Part shown: positions 60,400 through 64,000 of the stretch, piece after piece
How positions within the stretch are numbered: the stretch's first letter is position 1
Layout: every line of letters starts with the position of its first letter
From: Dehalococcoidia bacterium
GTDB lineage: Bacteria > Chloroflexota > Dehalococcoidia > Lucifugimonadales > UBA3495
Direction: 5' to 3'
NCBI GenBank assembly: GCA_965216065.1
Contig: CBDCFB010000002.1
Coordinates: forward strand, 756-64,755
DNA: 64,000 nt
Notes under the pieces: generated by a model
Told to the model about the DNA's origin: nothing
Databases searched by the model: none
Seen by the model: only the letters and a program-made list of their open reading frames with translations
Translations under genes and position numbers: made by a program

Positions 60400-60537
60400 T
60401 CAGCCCTCGGTGTGAGGAGGTCCCTCAAGGCTGACGATCACTTCGAAGTACTCCTTGTCCTTATCGGCGGCGTATCCCTCGGCATAGCAGGCGCAGGGCT
60501 CTGGGCAGTCGCAGAGGGGGCGGTCCTGGTCGGTCAT
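60400..60537 (-). CDS. Small Cys-rich protein (CDCPEPCxCYAEG family), 45 aa; below the ORF-track cutoff
   Basis: My own translation: MTDQDRPLCDCPEPCACYAEGYAADKDKEYFEVIVSLEGPPHTEG. The first 21 aa are nearly identical to those of 48067..48195. Confidence 0.5.
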   Translation of the reverse strand: MTDQDRPLCDCPEPCACYAEGYAADKDKEYFEVIVSLEGPPHTEG

Positions 60538-60957
60538 GGCATCCTCCTTGACCCCGCTTCCCGGGGCCCCGGCGTCCATTCTACTATGTCTGATATGTGT
60601 AATTATCGGTCATGGTAAGAGCAACGCGGGACGGGCAGTCTTCGACTGCGAAAGCGGGAGGGAGTCAGCGCACAATTGTACACATGGGTTATTGGAAGAG
60701 GCGCTGTTGAGTGGAGGCGCTCGGCGGCAGGACCTCCGGTCACCGGGACTGTTCCCTAACGCCAGGTACCCCCGTTTCCCGGGGAACGGAGGCCTGTGGA
60801 CGTCCACCGGACCATCCCGGGTAGAAAGTGGCCGGAGACGTCCAGACCGGCGATCCCTCCGGGTTTCCCGCCGACCAGCGGGAAAACGTCGCCCCAGGAT
60901 GCGATTTAAGGGGGGTCGCTTTTTCGTAGCCGGCTGGAGGACACATCCATCCGAAAT

Positions 60958-61437
60958 TCACCGGCCTTCGGAGGTGTCCACCTCCACAGCCGGCTTTTCG
61001 GCAGCGCCACGGGCAGGCCCTTGGCTTTGGAGGTCCTGCAGCCGTACGAACTGCGGCGTATATAGACCTTTAGTCTTGGGTGGCTTCCACGGCTTCCCAT
61101 TGATCCGGCCGCGGGCCTTCTTAAGATCGTTGAAGTGGACATCGGTGTAGGTTGACTCGGCCTTGTCATCATCGAAATCTTCCTGGTGGTCTGCCTGGTG
61201 ATCCGCCCGCCCCTCCTCTTCAAATTCCTCCGACTTGTTTTCGCTCTTGTAAAGATTGTCGGCCTCTTCCTGCTCAACCTCGTCGTCCTCAACCTCCTCG
61301 TCGTCGCGTTCCCAGGGAAATTTTTCATAATATTGCTCATACGATCTTGAGACCCAGTCCCGCTCCTCCTGGGAGACCTCGGTCCCACGCTTCTCAGTCC
61401 GGTCGTGTTCGTTTCCGTATCCGTCGCGATGCTGCAT
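60958..61437 (-). CDS. Hypothetical highly charged/acidic protein
   Basis: 159-aa ORF with an AGGAGG-type RBS, divergent from 61519..63327. Long Asp/Glu tract and a basic C-terminal part (KKARGRINGKPWKPPKTKG). Confidence 0.45.
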   Translation of the reverse strand: MQHRDGYGNEHDRTEKRGTEVSQEERDWVSRSYEQYYEKFPWERDDEEVEDDEVEQEEADNLYKSENKSEEFEEEGRADHQADHQEDFDDDKAESTYTDVHFNDLKKARGRINGKPWKPPKTKGLYTPQFVRLQDLQSQGPARGAAEKPAVEVDTSEGR

Positions 61438-61468
61438 ATCACACCTCCTCTATCAAGTCTCCCCTATG

Positions 61469-61487
61469 GGAAATGTCACATTTCCCT
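61469..61487. promoter_or_regulatory. Perfect 19-bp palindrome in a divergent promoter region
   Basis: gggaaatgtcacatttccc is centred in the 81-nt gap between the divergent starts 61437 (minus) and 61519 (plus). Confidence 0.5.
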
Positions 61488-61518
61488 TTCGGTAAGGTTT
61501 TGGTAGAGGAGGTGACAC

Positions 61519-63327
61519 ATGACAATGTCAGAAAGGGACATACAGCCCATGCGGGCTGACCGTCTGAAGGATCACATCCTGGGACTGATGGTGCCCACCG
61601 CCAGTGAACTGGTGGTGGCGTCCGGGCTGACTCCGCAGCAGGTCAAGGATGATGTCCGGGATTACAAGAAGGCAGGGTTCCTGTACAGAGCTGAGATAGG
61701 CAGCCTGCTGCCGGGAGTGCCATTGCTGTGGCCCACGCCCCTGGGCCTCGACCATATGGGGGCCTCACAGGCACAGCGGTCCTGGTTCAGAGAGGCTGGG
61801 CTGTCCAACCTGTTTCTTTTCGACCTGCCGAAGCTGGAGGCGGTGAAGCAAATCAGCGTGCTTTGCAGCACAGACGAGCAGCCTTTCGCTGGAATCCACT
61901 TTTACGAGGGGCTCCCCATGATCGCTGCGGCCGACCACCATCGGCCAGGAGATGATCCAAACTACGCCGTATTTCTCTGGGTATCTCTGATCTCCAGGGA
62001 GCGGGACCTGTATCACAAACTGGAGTCCTTGCCCGACGCGATGAATACCCAACTCGTGGCTCCCGATCGTATCTTCTACCCTGGCCGGGTCTGCATCGTC
62101 GCTCACGATGAATGGGACGCCACCGTCGCACTCAAACTGGTCAACGGCTTACCCAAAGATTGGTTCATTCGCACTCACATCCTCGCCTGGTATTACCGAA
62201 ACGGCAGCTGGTATGTCTGTGACGCAGACTCGCTCCACACTGGCAGGCCACCGACGGCCCTGCGCCCCATGGCTTTCAGCGTAGGTCGCCTGCGCCCTAC
62301 GACCAGTACCAGGAAGGAATATGCGAAAGTCGAGGGCCTGTTGACCCGCTCACTCTGGTCCGGACGTGCGGGGCAGGGCCTCTTCACGGTGCTGACGTCG
62401 GTGGGGAAATATCCGGTTGCCTCCGTCGACCACCATAAAGCTTGGCTCGGCGACGCCCCGGCGTCGACCAGGATTGAGGACCGGGTTTACACACTGGTGA
62501 GCGAGGGCATGATCGAGGAGGTGGCCGAGAGTGCCTACGCCTCGGATGGGAATTTATTGAAGACCTGGATCAGGCTAGCCCCAGCGTCGCCCATGGCTCA
62601 GGGGCGGCTGGACGACCTTGTAAGGCTGAAGGTGATCGAAGTTGTGGTGGGTGAGATGGGTGAGAGCGGCTATGCCTACGTCCCGAAGGAGGAGCAGGCC
62701 CGGAAGAGGAAGCCGCTGAAGCTCGGTCTCCGCGATTGGGCACGCGGAGTTCCCATGGCGATCTCACAGCGCGGCCAAGGCAAGCCCCGCTTTGTCCTGA
62801 CGACGAAAGGCAGGACGCGGCTTCGCTACGCCCTCGGGGGGTCCACTGAGAACTTGTACAACTGGACCAACCTCGGCCTGGTGGAATCGGGCCGTTGGAG
62901 CATCCAGCATCAGGACTGCGCATATGAATTCCTGGCCCAGTGCGCTGAGATGGGGTGTCCCATAGCCCCTCACTGGAAGGTGCAAATCACTCTGGCGAAC
63001 GGCAGACGCATTGAGCCGGACGGCGCGGTGCTGGTCGAGACACCGCTCTGGGGGAGGAAGTGGTGCAACGTGGAAATCGAACTGTCGGACCGCACCCCCA
63101 GGGCAATTGGCCCTCGGTGCAAGCGGTACGGGTCTCCGGATCGGCTGGAGGATGGCCCCCTACTGGTCGTGGCATACAACGAGCTGGCTGAGCAGCATTT
63201 TCAGGAAGCCGGGCGTCTATATGGTCTACGCATGCTGACGACGACGCTGGGGCGGCTGGCAGAATCCGGTGTCGCCGGCCCCGGGGTCTGGTCCCACTAT
63301 GGCACCCCCGTGACGCTGCGTGCATGA
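61519..63327 (+). CDS. Replication-relaxation (Replic_Relax)-like protein, apparently two-domain (tentative)
   Basis: 602 aa. The C-terminal part (HQDCAYEFLAQCAEMG...RIEPDGAVLV...WCNVEIELSDRT) fits the nuclease-like core of the replication-relaxation family. The N-terminal half has a winged-helix-like start. Confidence 0.45.
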   Translation: MTMSERDIQPMRADRLKDHILGLMVPTASELVVASGLTPQQVKDDVRDYKKAGFLYRAEIGSLLPGVPLLWPTPLGLDHMGASQAQRSWFREAGLSNLFLFDLPKLEAVKQISVLCSTDEQPFAGIHFYEGLPMIAAADHHRPGDDPNYAVFLWVSLISRERDLYHKLESLPDAMNTQLVAPDRIFYPGRVCIVAHDEWDATVALKLVNGLPKDWFIRTHILAWYYRNGSWYVCDADSLHTGRPPTALRPMAFSVGRLRPTTSTRKEYAKVEGLLTRSLWSGRAGQGLFTVLTSVGKYPVASVDHHKAWLGDAPASTRIEDRVYTLVSEGMIEEVAESAYASDGNLLKTWIRLAPASPMAQGRLDDLVRLKVIEVVVGEMGESGYAYVPKEEQARKRKPLKLGLRDWARGVPMAISQRGQGKPRFVLTTKGRTRLRYALGGSTENLYNWTNLGLVESGRWSIQHQDCAYEFLAQCAEMGCPIAPHWKVQITLANGRRIEPDGAVLVETPLWGRKWCNVEIELSDRTPRAIGPRCKRYGSPDRLEDGPLLVVAYNELAEQHFQEAGRLYGLRMLTTTLGRLAESGVAGPGVWSHYGTPVTLRA

Positions 63328-63370
63328 AAAACGATCCACTCGGAGACGGCTCTGGTCAAAAACTGCCCAG

Positions 63371-63560
63371 TCACCATGGGGTCGGCTCCGCGGGGCCGAG
63401 GCACGGTGCCTCCTTGCTGGGGAGGTCAGCTTTGAAATGGCGGGTCCCAGGGGTCACCACGGGGTCGCCGCGGCGGGCCGAGGCACGGTGCCTACTGACT
63501 GGGAAGGTCAGCTTTGAAATTGCGGGTCCCAGGGGTCACCACGGGGTCACCACCATGGGG
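63371..63560. repeat. About 83-bp tandem repeat, 2.3 copies, each with an internal palindrome
   Basis: Units start at 63371, 63454 and 63536 (tcaccayggggtc...). Each contains gaggcacggtgcct(c) (63398-63412 and 63480-63494) and ggtcagctttgaaat.gcgggtcccagggg. Confidence 0.85.
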
Positions 63561-63678
63561 GGGCTGTACTGCCGGTACTCTGATAGGGACATTAGGCCCT
63601 GGTGTCCGCGTCAAGCATCTTACGATGGCTGGTGAATCATCCCGGTCGGTGGCCACCGGATGCCGTTCCATCCGGGAT

Positions 63679-63993
63679 TCAGCCCAGCTCGATCGGGCCG
63701 TCTTGCTCAACGCGGCAACGGGGGCAGTAATCCATTAACACATGGACTTTCGATCTACAGAAGGGGTTGCGACAGGCCGTCCATTCTCGGAACGGTGGGC
63801 GAACCACCAAGTTTCTCCTGACGGAGGCTGGGTATTTGGTTGCCCCCTGCCCGCAGTGGGGGCAGTTGAACTCAATCAGCCCGCGGGCGTTGATCGTGCC
63901 ACTGATGAAGACCTGGCAGGTCGGGCACAGCCACTGAGCCACGTCCTCATCCTGGTCAGCCTCTTCTTGGTTCCATCTATCCGTGTCGGCCAT
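63679..63993 (-). CDS. Multi-CxxC zinc-ribbon protein
   Basis: 104 aa. CPTC...CPHC...C..C...CPRC. Acidic N-terminus. Confidence 0.5.
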   Translation of the reverse strand: MADTDRWNQEEADQDEDVAQWLCPTCQVFISGTINARGLIEFNCPHCGQGATKYPASVRRNLVVRPPFREWTACRNPFCRSKVHVLMDYCPRCRVEQDGPIELG

Positions 63994-64000
63994 AAATTCC

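Noticed and set aside
59880-60400. Possible small gene ending ...PALFELVEAWALEDNDRRI downstream of the CxC mini-protein
   Set aside because: The open frame is only about 40 codons long with no ATG/GTG start or RBS. This is insufficient evidence.

Overview
High-GC bacterial chromosomal window. Repeat families and gene content look Chloroflexota-like, but that is inference only. I recognised no rRNA, tRNA or CRISPR array. The left third (1-20.9 kb) is a fairly ordinary catabolic/redox neighbourhood. It holds a diiron-oxygenase-like protein, a cyclase, four tandem small cupins, an ICL/PEP-mutase-family enzyme, two VOC proteins, a PIG-L deacetylase and a DUF3326-like protein. It also holds two stand-alone molybdopterin (XDH/CoxL-family) large subunits flanking a DM13 membrane protein. 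This part is peppered with REP-like hairpins and two related MITEs that both make 10-bp target duplications. An IS66-family insertion splits a DUF2851 gene and can be excised cleanly in silico. From about 20.9 kb onward the window is an accessory mosaic containing: (a) an intact IS4/IS701-like element and decayed IS1182, IS21 (istB), IS110 (two copies) and IS701 copies; (b) a truncated MmeI-like type IIL restriction-modification gene fused to an aminotransferase remnant; (c) a cluster of paralogous secreted surface-protein genes: one intact 1470-aa giant, decayed neighbours and a 15-unit non-triplet tandem repeat; (d) two paralogous NarL-type two-component systems, each divergent from a surface-protein cluster; (e) a RecD2-like helicase; (f) a serine-recombinase/zinc-ribbon module with a degenerate second copy; (g) three tandem lipoprotein genes sharing one promoter/signal/leader cassette but carrying unrelated payloads (solute-binding versus LRR), with a 670-bp direct repeat marking a recombination scar; (h) a terminal plasmid-like module with a replication-relaxation-like protein, a palindromic divergent promoter and 83-bp tandem repeats. 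About eighteen genes are disrupted. Several premature stops replace conserved Trp codons. Several frameshifts sit in homopolymer runs, so assembly error cannot be excluded for those.
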